Part shown: piece by piece, positions 24,478 through 36,060 of the stretch | How positions within the stretch are numbered: the stretch's first letter is position 1 | Layout: each line of letters opens with the position of its first letter | Assembly (NCBI GenBank): GCA_028691835.1 | Contig: JAQUYN010000001.1 | Coordinates: 21,122-85,121 of the forward strand | Length of the DNA stretch: 64,000 bases | Reading direction: 5' to 3' | Origin: Alphaproteobacteria bacterium | GTDB taxonomy: Bacteria; Pseudomonadota; Alphaproteobacteria; UBA9219 | Notes under the pieces: generated by a model | Told to the model about the DNA's origin: nothing | Database searches by the model: none | Seen by the model: the letters and a program-made list of their open reading frames with translations, nothing else | Program-made: the position numbers and the translations under genes

Positions 24478-26375
24478 AAATATCGTTTCCTCCCCGCCTT
24501 AATCGTCGAGGCATGGCCTTTACTCATGACGTGCTGATTGCGGCCATTTCTTATGTATTGGCCCTTTATCTGCGCGTTGGGGATGACATTGCCGACATGG
24601 CTATGTCGCAAATTTCGGCAGGCACAGCCCTTTTCACAGCGACTTGCGCCGTTATCTTCCTGTTCAGCGGTCTCTATCGGGGAATATGGGCCTTTGCCTC
24701 GTTGCCAGACCTCAAACAAATCCTGCGGGCAGGCTCGATCTCTGTCATCGCCTTCACCATGGTTGCTTTTTTCGTCATGCGTCTTGATGGCGTACCGCGT
24801 ACGGTGCCGCTTATTGCTTGGTTTGTCCTTCTTGCTGGCCTCAGCGGTTCACGCCTTCTCTATCGCATGCTGCGTGAACGACGCGTCAGCGCCCTGTGGG
24901 AGCGCTCTGGCGGCGGACGTGTCAATATCCTACTTGTTGGCGCGGGCGATGAAACAGACCTGTTCATCCGCGCCGTTGCCAGCAATCCCCAAGCCCCGTT
25001 CCGCATCGTCGGCATTGTCGGTGAGAACGCCAAACGCGTAGGTCGCCATTTCCATGGGGTCAGCGTCCTTGGTACCGTGGATGACATCCCCGCCATTGTT
25101 GAACGCTTAAAAACAGAAGACCGCGCCCCAAGCCGCCTTGTCGTCACGCGAGCCTTAACACGCATGAATGCAACGTTGACGGCAACGTTGCTTGAACAGT
25201 GCACAACGTTGGGCATCAAACTTTCACGCTTGCCGGCCCTGACCGAGCTGAGCAATGATTTGTCCAGCCCGCAGGGCTTACGTGACCAGCCGTTAGCGCT
25301 CGAAGATTTGTTAGGCCGCCCCGAGACCATCTTAAATCGCGACGCGATTAATGAACTTATCACGGGTCGCCGCGTGCTGGTTACAGGATCGGGCGGCTCC
25401 ATCGGGTCCGAACTTGTCCGCCAAATCGCCGCACTGAATCCGGCTCATCTTATCATTTTAGATTCATGCGAGTTCAACCTTTATAAAATAGAGATGGAGG
25501 TTCATGAAAGCCTGCCTCTTCTCAGTACCCGCGCTTATTTGGCCGATGTACGTGACGTAGCGCGCCTCACACAAATCTTCAACGATGAAAAGCCAGAGTT
25601 AGTCTTCCATGCCGCAGCCATCAAGCACGTTCCCATCGCTGAGTTCAACGCACGCGAAGCCTTGTTGACCAACGTGGTAGGCACCCGCCTTGTCGCCGAT
25701 TGCGCGGCTAAATCTGGCGCTATCGCGATGGTAATGATCTCCACCGACAAAGCCGTTTATCCTACCAATGTCATGGGCGCCACCAAACGTTTGGCTGAAA
25801 TGTACATTCAGTCGCTCGACCTTATGTCGCCGACAACTCGTTTTGTCACTGTTCGCTTTGGCAATGTGCTGGGATCAACAGGCTCCGTTATTCCACGCTT
25901 TCAAGACCAGCTAAGCAAAGGTGGACCGATCACGGTCACGCATCCCGACATTACGCGCTATTTCATGACTGTTCGTGAAGCGGTCGAACTTGTCCTGCAG
26001 GCGTCGGCTCTTGGCGTGCAGCCGGGCGATCAACGCGGCAAGGTCATGGTTCTCGACATGGGCCAGCCCGTCAAAATCGTCGATCTGGCACGCCAAATGA
26101 TCCGCCTTGCGGGGCTGCGTCCCGACGAGGACATCAAGATTACCTTCACAGGCCTGCGCCCCGGTGAAAAGCTGTATGAAGAATTGTTCTCACCGACCGA
26201 GGAGCTGATCCCCTCTGGCGCGGACGGCGTGCAGTTGGCGCGCGCCCCAACAGTTGAACTGCCCCAACTTCAGCAAACGCTGGCTAACTTCGCGACATTA
26301 TTACAAGCGGGCATGACCGAAGCCGCCGCCATCGCTCGCCTTGAAGAATTGGTGCCAGAGTTTACAAGGAAATAG
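24474..26375 (+). CDS. CapD/WbpM/PglF-type polysaccharide biosynthesis protein (NDP-sugar 4,6-dehydratase)
   Basis: N-terminal TM helices, VLVTGSGGSIGSEL, ISTDKAVYPTNVMGATKR, RFGNVLGSTGSVIP. Confidence 0.85.
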   Translation: MKISFPPRLNRRGMAFTHDVLIAAISYVLALYLRVGDDIADMAMSQISAGTALFTATCAVIFLFSGLYRGIWAFASLPDLKQILRAGSISVIAFTMVAFFVMRLDGVPRTVPLIAWFVLLAGLSGSRLLYRMLRERRVSALWERSGGGRVNILLVGAGDETDLFIRAVASNPQAPFRIVGIVGENAKRVGRHFHGVSVLGTVDDIPAIVERLKTEDRAPSRLVVTRALTRMNATLTATLLEQCTTLGIKLSRLPALTELSNDLSSPQGLRDQPLALEDLLGRPETILNRDAINELITGRRVLVTGSGGSIGSELVRQIAALNPAHLIILDSCEFNLYKIEMEVHESLPLLSTRAYLADVRDVARLTQIFNDEKPELVFHAAAIKHVPIAEFNAREALLTNVVGTRLVADCAAKSGAIAMVMISTDKAVYPTNVMGATKRLAEMYIQSLDLMSPTTRFVTVRFGNVLGSTGSVIPRFQDQLSKGGPITVTHPDITRYFMTVREAVELVLQASALGVQPGDQRGKVMVLDMGQPVKIVDLARQMIRLAGLRPDEDIKITFTGLRPGEKLYEELFSPTEELIPSGADGVQLARAPTVELPQLQQTLANFATLLQAGMTEAAAIARLEELVPEFTRK

Positions 26376-26394
26376 TTTTTTATCCGTACGCCTT

Positions 26395-27522
26395 TTATCC
26401 GTATGTCGAGCCATCCGGGCGATAGATTTTCGTGGGCGGCTGGCTGGATGCCCGAACCTCGGCCCTGATCGTATCAAGCCATGTTCCATTCGCCCCGATC
26501 CCAGGATATGGACAAGTTATCGTGCTTCCCTTACTCAGCGGTTGGATCATCATGTCCAAAAAGTCGGGAGGCAGCGTGTCCATGCTTCGCCTGTCTGTGG
26601 CGGTAAGGCGCGATTCATACTTGCGAAAAGCAAAGACAAGCGAAAGCACGTCGGTTTTCAATTGCTCGATGGTTATGTCTTTATAGGGATTATACACCGC
26701 AACCTGATTGTTCAGATTCTTCAGGGCGTCCAATTTTATACCGCCGTAACCATAGGACTGAAGGTTCTTACGGAATGTCAGGTCAAAATAGCCAATCGGC
26801 TCCCGCGTATAAGGATCCCGGCTCGGCATATTGACAAACAGACAACGACTTCCGCGAGCCTTGCCGTTGATCGACGTGTTCGTCAAACGGATCAAGGCCT
26901 CTGTATCTGTTCCAAACCCGCCCGGCCAGAACAGGATGATATTGGCAAGTCCGATAAGCGAGTCCGTACGCAACCCAAGATGGCTGTCCCCTTCGGAATC
27001 CATCAGGCAGATAACCGTGCCCGGCGCAAAGCGCAGCCCCTCTTTGGTCACCAGCCCTTCGGTGATAACACAGTATAACGGGTACCCTCCATCCACCACA
27101 CCTTTGGAGTGGCACCCCATCAAACCGGGCCTGCCCGTGATTGGCGAATCAGCACCGCCGCCGTTGATCGGTGGCATATGCAAAAACGGATGGGAAAGAT
27201 TGAGCTTGGCCAGATCATAGGCATAGGAATAAACGGCAGGGCCCAAGATCGGATACCCTTCCATGGGACTGCCCGCCATCATGGAACAAACAACGCAGGC
27301 ACCTTGATCAATCCCCATAAGGGCACGCATCACGGCAGGCGGTCCAATACGATCAACAACGCAGATTTCAAGGCCAGCCGCGCCAAACTCCCGCACGGTC
27401 CGCTCTAATTCGGGCGAAACGACAGGGGTATCATAGCTATACGGCACAATCGGCTTGGTCGGATCAAAAACAAATTTTTGTACGGTCGCTGCGCACATAA
27501 TATAAAAGCCCAATAAACACAA
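26395..27522 (-). CDS. LOG/TIGR00730-like Rossmann protein (possible nucleotide N-glycosidase)
   Basis: FWPGGFGTDTE matches the PGGxGTxxE LOG motif, and INGGGADS..GLMG is loosely GGGxxGxMG-like. The start is uncertain. Confidence 0.45.
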   Translation of the reverse strand: MCLLGFYIMCAATVQKFVFDPTKPIVPYSYDTPVVSPELERTVREFGAAGLEICVVDRIGPPAVMRALMGIDQGACVVCSMMAGSPMEGYPILGPAVYSYAYDLAKLNLSHPFLHMPPINGGGADSPITGRPGLMGCHSKGVVDGGYPLYCVITEGLVTKEGLRFAPGTVICLMDSEGDSHLGLRTDSLIGLANIILFWPGGFGTDTEALIRLTNTSINGKARGSRCLFVNMPSRDPYTREPIGYFDLTFRKNLQSYGYGGIKLDALKNLNNQVAVYNPYKDITIEQLKTDVLSLVFAFRKYESRLTATDRRSMDTLPPDFLDMMIQPLSKGSTITCPYPGIGANGTWLDTIRAEVRASSQPPTKIYRPDGSTYG

Positions 27523-27766
27523 TGAATTACAGTTTTTGACTTATTCCACATACGATATGAGGGTTCAACCCTTTTTCATTTGGCCTTACCTGAAGCCGAT
27601 ACGGAGAAAATGGGCATTTTTCGGATAAACTGACATCTTGCTTTTCAAATCAGTGATACCCATATAAAACAATGTTCACGGGCGCCGCGTTGGGCGCCTC
27701 TTTCTTAGGCGGATCTTTTTGTTAACCAAGATCGTTCGCCTTATCGTGTTTTTTTCCGAGGGTTTC

Positions 27767-30493
27767 ATGATTACGTCTTTGGCTCGCAAACTGTTTGGTT
27801 CCCATAACGAGCGCGTCCTTCGCGCCCAAGATTTGACCATTGCGGCCATCAATGCGCTGGAACCTCAATTCGTCAAACTAACCGATGACGAGCTTCGCGC
27901 TAAAACGGATGAATACAAGACCCGCATCGCGGGCGGCGAGTCGCTCGACAGATTGCTCCCCGAAGCTTTTGCAACCGTGCGTGAAGCTGCCAAGCGCGTT
28001 CTTGGCCAACGGCACTTTGATGTTCAACTTCGCGGCGGCATGGTTTTAAACAGCGGCAAGATCGCTGAAATGAAAACAGGTGAAGGCAAAACGCTTGTTG
28101 CCACCCTCGCCGTCTATCTCAACGCCCTGTCTGGCAAAGGCGTCCATGTCGTCACCGTCAATGATTATCTGGCCAAACGCGACAGCAATTGGATGGGCCG
28201 CATTTATCGTTTTCTTGGTCTTTCCGTTGATTGCATCGTGCATGGCCTGACAGACGCCGAACGCCAAGCCGCCTATAACGCTGACATTACGTACGGCACA
28301 AATAACGAATTTGGATTTGACTATCTGCGCGACAACATGAAGTTCGAAGCTGCCGAGCTGTGCCAGCGTCCCTTCAACTATGCCATCGTTGACGAAGTTG
28401 ACAGCATCTTGATCGACGAAGCACGGACTCCGTTGATTATCTCAGGCCCTGCCGAGGATTCGTCCGATCTCTATCAAAAAGTCGATGCGTTGATCCCCAG
28501 CTTGATTGATGAAGATTATGAAACAGATGAAAAAGCCAAGACCGTCACGCTTACCGAAGCCGGCAATATTCATATCGAACAGCTTCTTGGCGAAGCAGGC
28601 CTGTTAACCCCCGGCGGTGGCCTTTATGATGCGCCCAATATCATGGTTGTGCATCACGTCAACCAAGCCTTGCGCGCGCACAAAATGTTTGCTCGCGATG
28701 TGGACTATATCGTCAAGAACGGCAAAGTCATCATCATCGATGAATTCACAGGCCGCATGATGGAAGGCCGCCGTTATTCCGACGGCCTGCACCAAGCCCT
28801 TGAAGCCAAGGAACACGTGCAGCTTCAACGTGAAAACCAAACGCTCGCGTCTATTACCTTCCAAAATTATTTCCGCCTTTATCCGAAATTGTCTGGCATG
28901 ACTGGCACGGCGATGACGGAAGCAGCAGAATTTGCTGAGATTTATGGCCTTGAAGTCGTTGAAATGCCAACCAACGTTTCCGCCGCACGTATCGATTCAG
29001 AAGATGAAGTCTATGGCAGCATGGCCGAAAAATACAACGCCATCGCGCTTAAAATCAAAGAATGCCAAGAACGCGGCCAGCCCGTTCTCGTCGGAACCGT
29101 CTCAATCGAAAAATCGGAAGCTCTGTCCGAACTTCTCAAACAGCACAAAATCAAGCACAGCGTTTTAAATGCGCGCTATCACGAACAAGAAGCGACCATT
29201 ATTTCGCAAGCGGGGCGCTCTGGCTCCGTCACCATTGCAACCAATATGGCCGGTCGCGGTACCGACATTCAAATGGGCGGCAATCTGGATATGCGTATCG
29301 AACAAGAACTCAAGGACATCACGGATGAAGCCGAACATAAGCGTCGCGCCGAAGAAATTCGGGCCGACATCGCTGCCGATGCGCTGAAAGTGCGTAGCGC
29401 GGGCGGCCTGTTCGTCATCGGAACGGAACGCCACGAATCCCGCCGTATCGATAACCAACTGCGCGGCCGTTCGGGTCGTCAAGGCGATCCCGGCGCGTCG
29501 ATGTTCTATCTGTCGCTTGAAGATGACCTGATGCGAATCTTCGGTTCTGAACGTATGGAAGGCATCTTGGCCAAACTGGGCCTTCGTAACGGCGAAAAGA
29601 TCGCCCACCCATGGATCAGCACCGCTCTTGAAAAAGCCCAGCAAAAGGTTGAAAGCCGCAACTTTGATATTCGTAAAAACTTGTTGAAGTTCGACAACGT
29701 GATGAATGACCAACGCAAGGTCATCTATGAACAACGCCGCGAAATCATGAACGCCGCAAATGTCAACGAAACCATCCGTGATATGCGCGACGACATCATC
29801 CACGCCCTTGTCACACAAGCCATCCCCCCCCATTCCTATGCTGAACAATGGGACATCACAGGCCTTGAAGCCCGTGTGAAAGAAATTCTGGCCCTTACTT
29901 TGCCCATTCAAGCTTGGGCCAAAGAAGATGGCATTGCCGAAACGGAAATCGAAGAACGTATCCGCGCCGCCGCCAACGATACGATGGCCGCCAAAGTCGC
30001 TTTGGTCGGTGAAGAACGCATAGCGCAAGCCGAAAAGGCGGCCCTCCTCGGGCTTCTCGACGTTGCATGGAAGGATCACCTTCTCGCCCTCGACCAACTC
30101 CGCCAAGGCATTCACCTACGCGGCTACGGCCAACGCGACCCCTTCAACGAATACAGCCGCGAAGCCTTCGGTCTCTATCAAATAATGCTGGAATCCATCC
30201 GCGAGCAAGTCACGCGCGCCCTCATGCATGCTGAAGTCCGCATGCCATCGTTGGAGGAATATGTCTCCACACGTCGTGAACAGGAAATGCGTGAGCTGCA
30301 TGGGTTGGCCTCAGACGAACTCCCCGCAGAAGACGCGCACGCGGCTGCCGCCAACTTCCGTCTTGCTCACACGCCAGCGCACAATACGTTCGACCCCAAG
30401 GACTCGAACACATGGGGCAACACACCACGCAACGCCCCCTGCCCCTGTGGCAGTGGCAAGAAGTACAAACATTGCCACGGTGCTGCGGGATAA
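27767..30493 (+). CDS. secA: preprotein translocase ATPase SecA
   Basis: [18 protein letters not shown]..., [32 protein letters not shown] and the C-terminal zinc motif [14 protein letters not shown]. Start set at ATG 27767. Confidence 0.95.
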   Translation: MITSLARKLFGSHNERVLRAQDLTIAAINALEPQFVKLTDDELRAKTDEYKTRIAGGESLDRLLPEAFATVREAAKRVLGQRHFDVQLRGGMVLNSGKIAEMKTGEGKTLVATLAVYLNALSGKGVHVVTVNDYLAKRDSNWMGRIYRFLGLSVDCIVHGLTDAERQAAYNADITYGTNNEFGFDYLRDNMKFEAAELCQRPFNYAIVDEVDSILIDEARTPLIISGPAEDSSDLYQKVDALIPSLIDEDYETDEKAKTVTLTEAGNIHIEQLLGEAGLLTPGGGLYDAPNIMVVHHVNQALRAHKMFARDVDYIVKNGKVIIIDEFTGRMMEGRRYSDGLHQALEAKEHVQLQRENQTLASITFQNYFRLYPKLSGMTGTAMTEAAEFAEIYGLEVVEMPTNVSAARIDSEDEVYGSMAEKYNAIALKIKECQERGQPVLVGTVSIEKSEALSELLKQHKIKHSVLNARYHEQEATIISQAGRSGSVTIATNMAGRGTDIQMGGNLDMRIEQELKDITDEAEHKRRAEEIRADIAADALKVRSAGGLFVIGTERHESRRIDNQLRGRSGRQGDPGASMFYLSLEDDLMRIFGSERMEGILAKLGLRNGEKIAHPWISTALEKAQQKVESRNFDIRKNLLKFDNVMNDQRKVIYEQRREIMNAANVNETIRDMRDDIIHALVTQAIPPHSYAEQWDITGLEARVKEILALTLPIQAWAKEDGIAETEIEERIRAAANDTMAAKVALVGEERIAQAEKAALLGLLDVAWKDHLLALDQLRQGIHLRGYGQRDPFNEYSREAFGLYQIMLESIREQVTRALMHAEVRMPSLEEYVSTRREQEMRELHGLASDELPAEDAHAAAANFRLAHTPAHNTFDPKDSNTWGNTPRNAPCPCGSGKKYKHCHGAAG

Positions 30494-30536
30494 GATAAGT
30501 TAGCTGGCAATCACTCATAAGTCGTGGAAGCCTGTC

Positions 30537-31406
30537 ATGAAAAAACGTCTTCTCGCCCTTGTTTTAGTCGTCGTTTGTGGTTCATCGGCTTTTGCAGCCG
30601 ACACGCAAGAAAGCGTTTTCGAGCGAGTCAATCGTACGGGTCTGCTTCGCTGCGGTTATTTCACGTGGCCGCCTTTTTTGATGATCGATCCGAACACCAA
30701 ACAGGCGAGCGGCATCTATCACGATGTCATCGAAGAAATCGGCAAGCAACTTCATCTCAAAATCGAATGGACAGAAGACACAGGCCAAGCCAATCCGTTT
30801 GAAGGGATGAAAACAGGACGCTTCGATATGTTCTGTGGCCCGATCACGCCGACACCGGATCGCGCCAAACAGGTCGGTTTCTCGCGTCCGTTTTTCTATA
30901 TCCCCTATTATGCTTATGCTCGCGCCGACGATGCGCGTTTCAAAACCGCAAAGGACATCAACGACCCGAAAACAAAGATCGCGGTCATCGATGGCGAGTT
31001 CGCCTATGAAATCGTCAAACGCGATTTTCCCAAGGCGAGCCTTCTCACCCTGCCCGCGCTTTCCGACGGAGCCCAGGTCATGATGTCCGTTACGTCAAAG
31101 AAAGCGGATATCTTCTTGAACGACTCGGCTGCCACAGCTGTTTTTATGGACAAGAACCCCGACCAAATCAAAATCGCTTCCAAAGAGCCGCTTCGCACCC
31201 TCGCCGCCGTGATCGTCCTTCCCCAAAACGATATGGCTTTTAAGACAATGATCGACACTGTTTTGGACCAGCTTCTTGAAGACCGTTTTGTCGATAGCGT
31301 TGTGAGTACATATGCCCTCAAAGGCAGTGCCTTCCTCCCCGTCGCAAAGGGGTATCGGCTCGCCAAGGAGCCTCGAGCAAGACCGGCCGCTGTTAACCAT
31401 AAATGA
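30537..31406 (+). CDS. periplasmic substrate-binding protein (SBP family 3, amino-acid ABC type)
   Basis: Signal peptide LVLVVVCGSSAFA. LRCGYFTWPPF...IEW.....F.GL..GRFDM-like pattern. Confidence 0.6.
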   Translation: MKKRLLALVLVVVCGSSAFAADTQESVFERVNRTGLLRCGYFTWPPFLMIDPNTKQASGIYHDVIEEIGKQLHLKIEWTEDTGQANPFEGMKTGRFDMFCGPITPTPDRAKQVGFSRPFFYIPYYAYARADDARFKTAKDINDPKTKIAVIDGEFAYEIVKRDFPKASLLTLPALSDGAQVMMSVTSKKADIFLNDSAATAVFMDKNPDQIKIASKEPLRTLAAVIVLPQNDMAFKTMIDTVLDQLLEDRFVDSVVSTYALKGSAFLPVAKGYRLAKEPRARPAAVNHK

Positions 31407-31606
31407 GATTTCCCATTTTAAGGCCCGTACAGTGCGATGTTTCACATGCCAAGCTAGGGCTGTAGCAGGCCTCCCTGTTAAACGCGCCCACGGGCCTCTT
31501 AGGGGCCTTTATGGGGGTCGTCTTTTGGCGAGTCTCGCCCCCCTTTTCCAAAACAGGCCCAAAACTACCCTTTTGCCTAAAAAAGAGGCAAAAGAACAGT
31601 AGTCAC

Positions 31607-32125
31607 CTATACCCGTTCCTCGACCATCTCGGCATTGTCGATATAGGCACCCGTGACGGCGTTGATAAAGAACCAATGACTGACGACCATGGTTCTATCC
31701 GCAGCATCCTGATAGCCCCATTCTTCACGGAAGGACTGCACACGCTGTTTCAACGAAGCATAAGGTTCTGGAAAAGGAAGCCACCAGGTCCCTTTATCCA
31801 CCTTTGAAAAATCCAGATGCGGCCATGCTTTTTCGAGATCACACACAGGCGATCCGTAATCACAGCTATACTGCCTGTATTCGCCAACCAACGGCTCAAC
31901 GACAATCGGCACGTTCAGGATCGATGCCGCGATTGTCGCCGTTTCTAAGGCACGCGTGTACGGGCTTGCTAAAATGAACTCAACCTTTTTGCCAAACCTC
32001 TGGGCCGCCAGCGTAACCTGTTTCTTGCCCTGCCCCGTTAATGGCGCATCATGAATCTGGGGATCGCAGCCCATATGTTTCAAGCCCTCATTAAACGTCG
32101 TTTGTCCATGGCGCATAAAAAACAT
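31607..32125 (-). CDS. histidine phosphatase family protein (phosphoglycerate-mutase-like)
   Basis: FFMRHGQTTFNE (RHG motif) and ILASPYTRALETA. Confidence 0.75.
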   Translation of the reverse strand: MFFMRHGQTTFNEGLKHMGCDPQIHDAPLTGQGKKQVTLAAQRFGKKVEFILASPYTRALETATIAASILNVPIVVEPLVGEYRQYSCDYGSPVCDLEKAWPHLDFSKVDKGTWWLPFPEPYASLKQRVQSFREEWGYQDAADRTMVVSHWFFINAVTGAYIDNAEMVEERV

Positions 32126-32131
32126 GCGTTC

Positions 32132-33067
32132 CTATCCCCTTTTCTTCTTCCCCGCCAAGGGATGATGGTCCGTGACTGTTTTTGTCAAGCGGTCAGAGGC
32201 GACGTGCGTATAAATCTGCGTCGTCGCAATATCGGCATGGCCGAGCATCGTTTGCACACTGCGCAGGTCCGCACCATGTTCAATCAAATGTGTGGCAAAG
32301 GCATGACGGAGGACGTGGGGGCTGAGCCTCTCGGGCGCAATTCCAACCTGTGCGCCGATACCTTTCAACAACTGGAAAAAGCGTTGGCGCGTGATGTAGC
32401 CCGTTTTCGATTGTGAGGAGGGAAACAAAAACAGATGCATTGATTTGGTATCAACGCGAGCCTTCAGCCCCGCCTTGCGAAAATCCAACCAGTCTTTGAT
32501 CGCCGCGATGGCGGGATCCCCCAACGGCACGACGCGATCTTTGCCACCCTTGCCGCGCACTTGTACAAGGCCACGGTCAAACAGAACGGCCCCAAGCGGC
32601 AGACTGACAAGCTCGGTCACGCGCAAGCCGGATGCATAAAGAAGCTCCAGCAGCGCCCGCAGGCGCGCCCCATCATAACCCTTCACCTTATGAACCGCTT
32701 TGATAAGCGACAAGACTTCTGCCTCGGTCAGGTATTTAGGCAAAGATCGGCCCATCTTGGGCGCGTCAATATTGCGAGTCGGATCTTCAAGCCTCAGCTT
32801 TTCAGAGGCCAAAAAGCGATAATATTGATGAAGCGCCGAAAGCCTGCGCGCTTGCGTGCGGGGTGATCCATCCTTGAGCGAAAGGATATAGGCCCGAACG
32901 TCTTCTTCTACGGCTTGGTCCAAGGCGACCTTTTTCTTGGCCATAAACGCCGCCGCATCCAAAAGATCGCGTTGATACGCGAGACGCGTATTGGCCGCCG
33001 CGTTACGTTCGGCCAACATCATGTCGAGGAAACCGTCAATATGGTGTGTGAAAGGGGTAAGCACCAT
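32132..33067 (-). CDS. xerD: site-specific tyrosine recombinase XerD
   Basis: FLDMMLAERNAAANTRLAYQRDL...GLRVTELVSL...GKGGKDRVVPL...LSPHVLRHAFATHLIEHGADLRSVQTMLGHADIATTQIYTHV. Confidence 0.85.
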   Translation of the reverse strand: MVLTPFTHHIDGFLDMMLAERNAAANTRLAYQRDLLDAAAFMAKKKVALDQAVEEDVRAYILSLKDGSPRTQARRLSALHQYYRFLASEKLRLEDPTRNIDAPKMGRSLPKYLTEAEVLSLIKAVHKVKGYDGARLRALLELLYASGLRVTELVSLPLGAVLFDRGLVQVRGKGGKDRVVPLGDPAIAAIKDWLDFRKAGLKARVDTKSMHLFLFPSSQSKTGYITRQRFFQLLKGIGAQVGIAPERLSPHVLRHAFATHLIEHGADLRSVQTMLGHADIATTQIYTHVASDRLTKTVTDHHPLAGKKKRG

Positions 33068-33068
33068 C

Positions 33069-35375
33069 TTAGTTCGTCAAACCGACCAGAATTTCTCGAG
33101 CATAAGATTGAGATTCAGACATCAACCCAGTTTGCCGCAGCGCCCGTAAAATCCCGATTTTCACCGCAAATGGCGTTGCCGTCTCGGACGAACTACCTTC
33201 CATAAGAAGCCCCAAAAGGATCATCTCCCCCTTTCGATCCGCTGCCGCAGCTTGTGCCATCCGCTCAACAAGCAGGGTCGCAGGCACCATCTGTCTCGTC
33301 GGAGGCTGTGGCTCAATCACGCGCTCCCAAGCCTCTTCATTCACGGCATACCCCAAGGCATTAAGCAAAAGAAGAATATTGCCACAAAGGGCCCGTCGTT
33401 CGTAAAGAGCGTTGCCATTGTCACTGCCTTCTGGCACGGTTAACGCCACGTCCAACCAATCTTTTAAACCTTGTGCATATTCACCATCGGCCACAAGACC
33501 GGACAGGACAAAAAGAGGCCAGTTTTCGATCAGATGGGATTTAATTTCCCCCCCCTGTGCCGCTGCTGCACGAGCAAGATTCAACCAAACCATCGCTTTA
33601 TCAGGCTTACCGGCCAAGGCAAAGGTGCGCGCCAACGTGACAGAAAACGCATTATAATCAGCAATGACTGGGATGTTTTCAAGATAAGACGTAATCAAGG
33701 ACCCTTGCGTTCCAATTAAAGCGGAAAGAGAAAGACCAGACGTAACCTTTTGAACCAAGTCAATTTTCTTCTGTGGAGCCTGTTCATTCGCCAACGCTTG
33801 GAAGGCCATGGCCCGCGATGTGGGCGAGGCTTCAGTCTGGCTATTCGCCTTGGCAATGTCTTCGGGCGTGAAAACAATATCCTTGTAAACATCCCCCAAC
33901 TGTGTCGCCGTCAAAAGGCCACGTGCCGCTGACTTTTCTGCCAACAGAACACGGGCCCCCTCATTGCTGGACTTGGCACGCAACAATTCCGGGATCATCG
34001 GCGCTTCAGCCCGGGCATACAACTCAGGCGGCAAAGGCAAATTGATCTGCCGCAAAACAGCAAGATTCAACGGCCGCAAAGGCGTCAACTGGCGTGGAAG
34101 CCTCAAGCTGTTCGCCAAAACGTTTTTGTTGATTAACGAAAGAAACAGAACATCTTTAACATGCTGTTCCCGCATAAGGTCAACACCAAGTTGAACCGCT
34201 TTGACATCTCCGGCCCGCAACTGACAAACAAGCAAAGACTTTTGCCACGCACCTCCCGACTCTTCCGTCGTCGCATGGGCAGCAATCAGACTGGGCATCT
34301 TATCACAAATTTCTTTGCTATCAGGGCCGATCAAAGCGGCTTCGGTCAAAAGCCGCAACGTCACCTCATCCACAAGCTTCGGATCGGCAAGAGAGGCCAG
34401 CTTCCACGCATCCGCCACTGCCCCCAAAGCCATAAGAGCCTCAATGCGTTGAGAAAGAAGGCTCCTGGCTGATTTTTGTTGCGTGCTCTGGCGCGGAGCT
34501 GCCGCTGTAGAAAGAAACATCCGGCGGGCAAGATCATTCAAAGTTGAGGAAGCTGTCGGCAAGGCCACAGCAGGCATCAGCCGATCCACAATAACGCGAT
34601 CCGTCTCTTTCCATAGGGCCGACCCAAGACCACCATTTGACGCTGAAAGAAGCCCCAATGTTTCGGGATCAACATCAGCAAGCGTCATTGTAGAAATCTC
34701 TTCCCCCAGTGAGGCCACAGGCTGTGGCGATGGGGGGGCACCCGCGACGGACGGGATAGCCTCTGCCGCTGGGCTTGGGGCTGAGGGGGGAAAAGCAGGC
34801 GTAGTCGCAACGCTAGAAGCAGCGGCTGAGATAGGAGCAGGCGCAACGGCTGGGGCTGGGGCTGGGGCTGGGACCGAGGCTGCGGCTGGCGTAGGTATGG
34901 GGGTTGAGGCGGGCACAGCACGCGCCGCAAGGGACCTTACGGGTTCCGGGGCCACCACAACAGGTGGCGTTGCCTTGGCCTTCTCGATGCTAGCCTTCTC
35001 GACGTTAGCTTTCTCGACGCTGGCCTCCATCGACGGAGCAACGGGCATAGCGGGCTTCACATTAGCCACAGGCGCTTTTTCTGTCTTCGGTGTAAAAGGA
35101 GGGGGCGTGATTAAGACCTCCGCAGAGGGCTTTGTCACCGCAGCTTTGGTGTCCGAAGCCACAGAGCCAGTTTTAGCCTTTGGCAACGCCTGCTCACCTG
35201 TTTCTGGCGTAGAAACAGGCGGTTCAACTTTTAAAATCGATTCCGGCGGGGGAAGAAAGCTCGCCTCGCGATCATCAACTTCTTCCAGTTCATCCGCAGC
35301 CATAGCCTGCTCAGAAGTCACAATATTGGCGAAAACAACCAAAAGAATCCATAAACCCCAGACAGCTCGAGACAT
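33069..35375 (-). CDS. large secreted/membrane-anchored protein with Ala/Pro-rich low-complexity region, unknown function
   Basis: Signal/TM segment WGLWILLVVFANIV and a ~200-aa A/P/S/V-rich tract, including three 15-bp tandem units at about 34977..35021. Start set at ATG 35375, preceded by AAGGAAG. Confidence 0.6.
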   Translation of the reverse strand: MSRAVWGLWILLVVFANIVTSEQAMAADELEEVDDREASFLPPPESILKVEPPVSTPETGEQALPKAKTGSVASDTKAAVTKPSAEVLITPPPFTPKTEKAPVANVKPAMPVAPSMEASVEKANVEKASIEKAKATPPVVVAPEPVRSLAARAVPASTPIPTPAAASVPAPAPAPAVAPAPISAAASSVATTPAFPPSAPSPAAEAIPSVAGAPPSPQPVASLGEEISTMTLADVDPETLGLLSASNGGLGSALWKETDRVIVDRLMPAVALPTASSTLNDLARRMFLSTAAAPRQSTQQKSARSLLSQRIEALMALGAVADAWKLASLADPKLVDEVTLRLLTEAALIGPDSKEICDKMPSLIAAHATTEESGGAWQKSLLVCQLRAGDVKAVQLGVDLMREQHVKDVLFLSLINKNVLANSLRLPRQLTPLRPLNLAVLRQINLPLPPELYARAEAPMIPELLRAKSSNEGARVLLAEKSAARGLLTATQLGDVYKDIVFTPEDIAKANSQTEASPTSRAMAFQALANEQAPQKKIDLVQKVTSGLSLSALIGTQGSLITSYLENIPVIADYNAFSVTLARTFALAGKPDKAMVWLNLARAAAAQGGEIKSHLIENWPLFVLSGLVADGEYAQGLKDWLDVALTVPEGSDNGNALYERRALCGNILLLLNALGYAVNEEAWERVIEPQPPTRQMVPATLLVERMAQAAAADRKGEMILLGLLMEGSSSETATPFAVKIGILRALRQTGLMSESQSYAREILVGLTN

Positions 35376-35475
35376 GTAATACTTCCTTTTGCTTGGACTT
35401 TTGTGATGAGACATTCTAAATCATATGACGAAAAGGGGGATAAAGCCCCTCTTGTTTTAAGCGACGGACGTGGTG

Positions 35476-36060
35476 ATGCACACAATATCAGACCTTCATC
35501 CTTCTGAACACCCCCTGCTCCCGAAAAGCATCGTTTTGATCGGGATGCCTGGGTCTGGAAAAAGCACGATAGGTCGCAAGATCGCGTCCCATCTGGGTCT
35601 GCCTTTTGTCGATTCAGATCATGAAGTTGAAACTGCCGCCAACATGTCAATCTCCCAGATTTTTGAAAAGCTTGGCGAGCCTGCGTTTCGTGACGGCGAA
35701 CGCAAAGTGATTGCGCGTCTCCTCAGCGGCCCTCCGATAATCTTATCGACAGGCGGCGGCGCCTTTATGAACGACCAAACACGACAGCTTATTCAAAAAC
35801 AGGCTCTTTCAATCTGGCTTCAAGCCACACTGGATACCCTTGTGGAAAGAACGTCACGAACAGATGACCGCCCCTTGCTTCAAAACGGAAATCCCAAAAC
35901 GATACTCAGCAATTTAATGTCTGTACGAGAACCCATCTACAGCCAAGCCGACTTGACCGTTGTTAGTCAAAACGTGTCCGTAGAAACCACGGCGCAGCAC
36001 GTTCTCGCCGCCATCAAGAACATCATTCCAAACACTAACGGAAGCCTAAATAGTCCATGA
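35476..36060 (+). CDS. aroK: shikimate kinase
   Basis: IVLIGMPGSGKSTIGRKIASHLGLPFVDSD...ISTGGGAF. Confidence 0.9.
   Translation: MHTISDLHPSEHPLLPKSIVLIGMPGSGKSTIGRKIASHLGLPFVDSDHEVETAANMSISQIFEKLGEPAFRDGERKVIARLLSGPPIILSTGGGAFMNDQTRQLIQKQALSIWLQATLDTLVERTSRTDDRPLLQNGNPKTILSNLMSVREPIYSQADLTVVSQNVSVETTAQHVLAAIKNIIPNTNGSLNSP

Noticed and set aside
27679-27705. GGCGCC-gcgttg-GGCGCC hairpin followed by TCTTTCTT upstream of secA, considered as a terminator or attenuator.
   Set aside because: The stem is short (6 bp) and there is no upstream same-strand gene to terminate. The evidence is insufficient.
29165-30115. 316-aa minus-strand ORF inside secA (likewise 16211..16738 inside grpE, and 53031..53865 inside tadC).
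   Set aside because: These are antisense to unmistakable housekeeping or tad genes.
34483-35379. 298-aa plus-strand Ala/Gly-rich ORF.
   Set aside because: It is the antisense reading of the Ala/Pro-rich tract of 33069..35375, a low-complexity mirror artefact.
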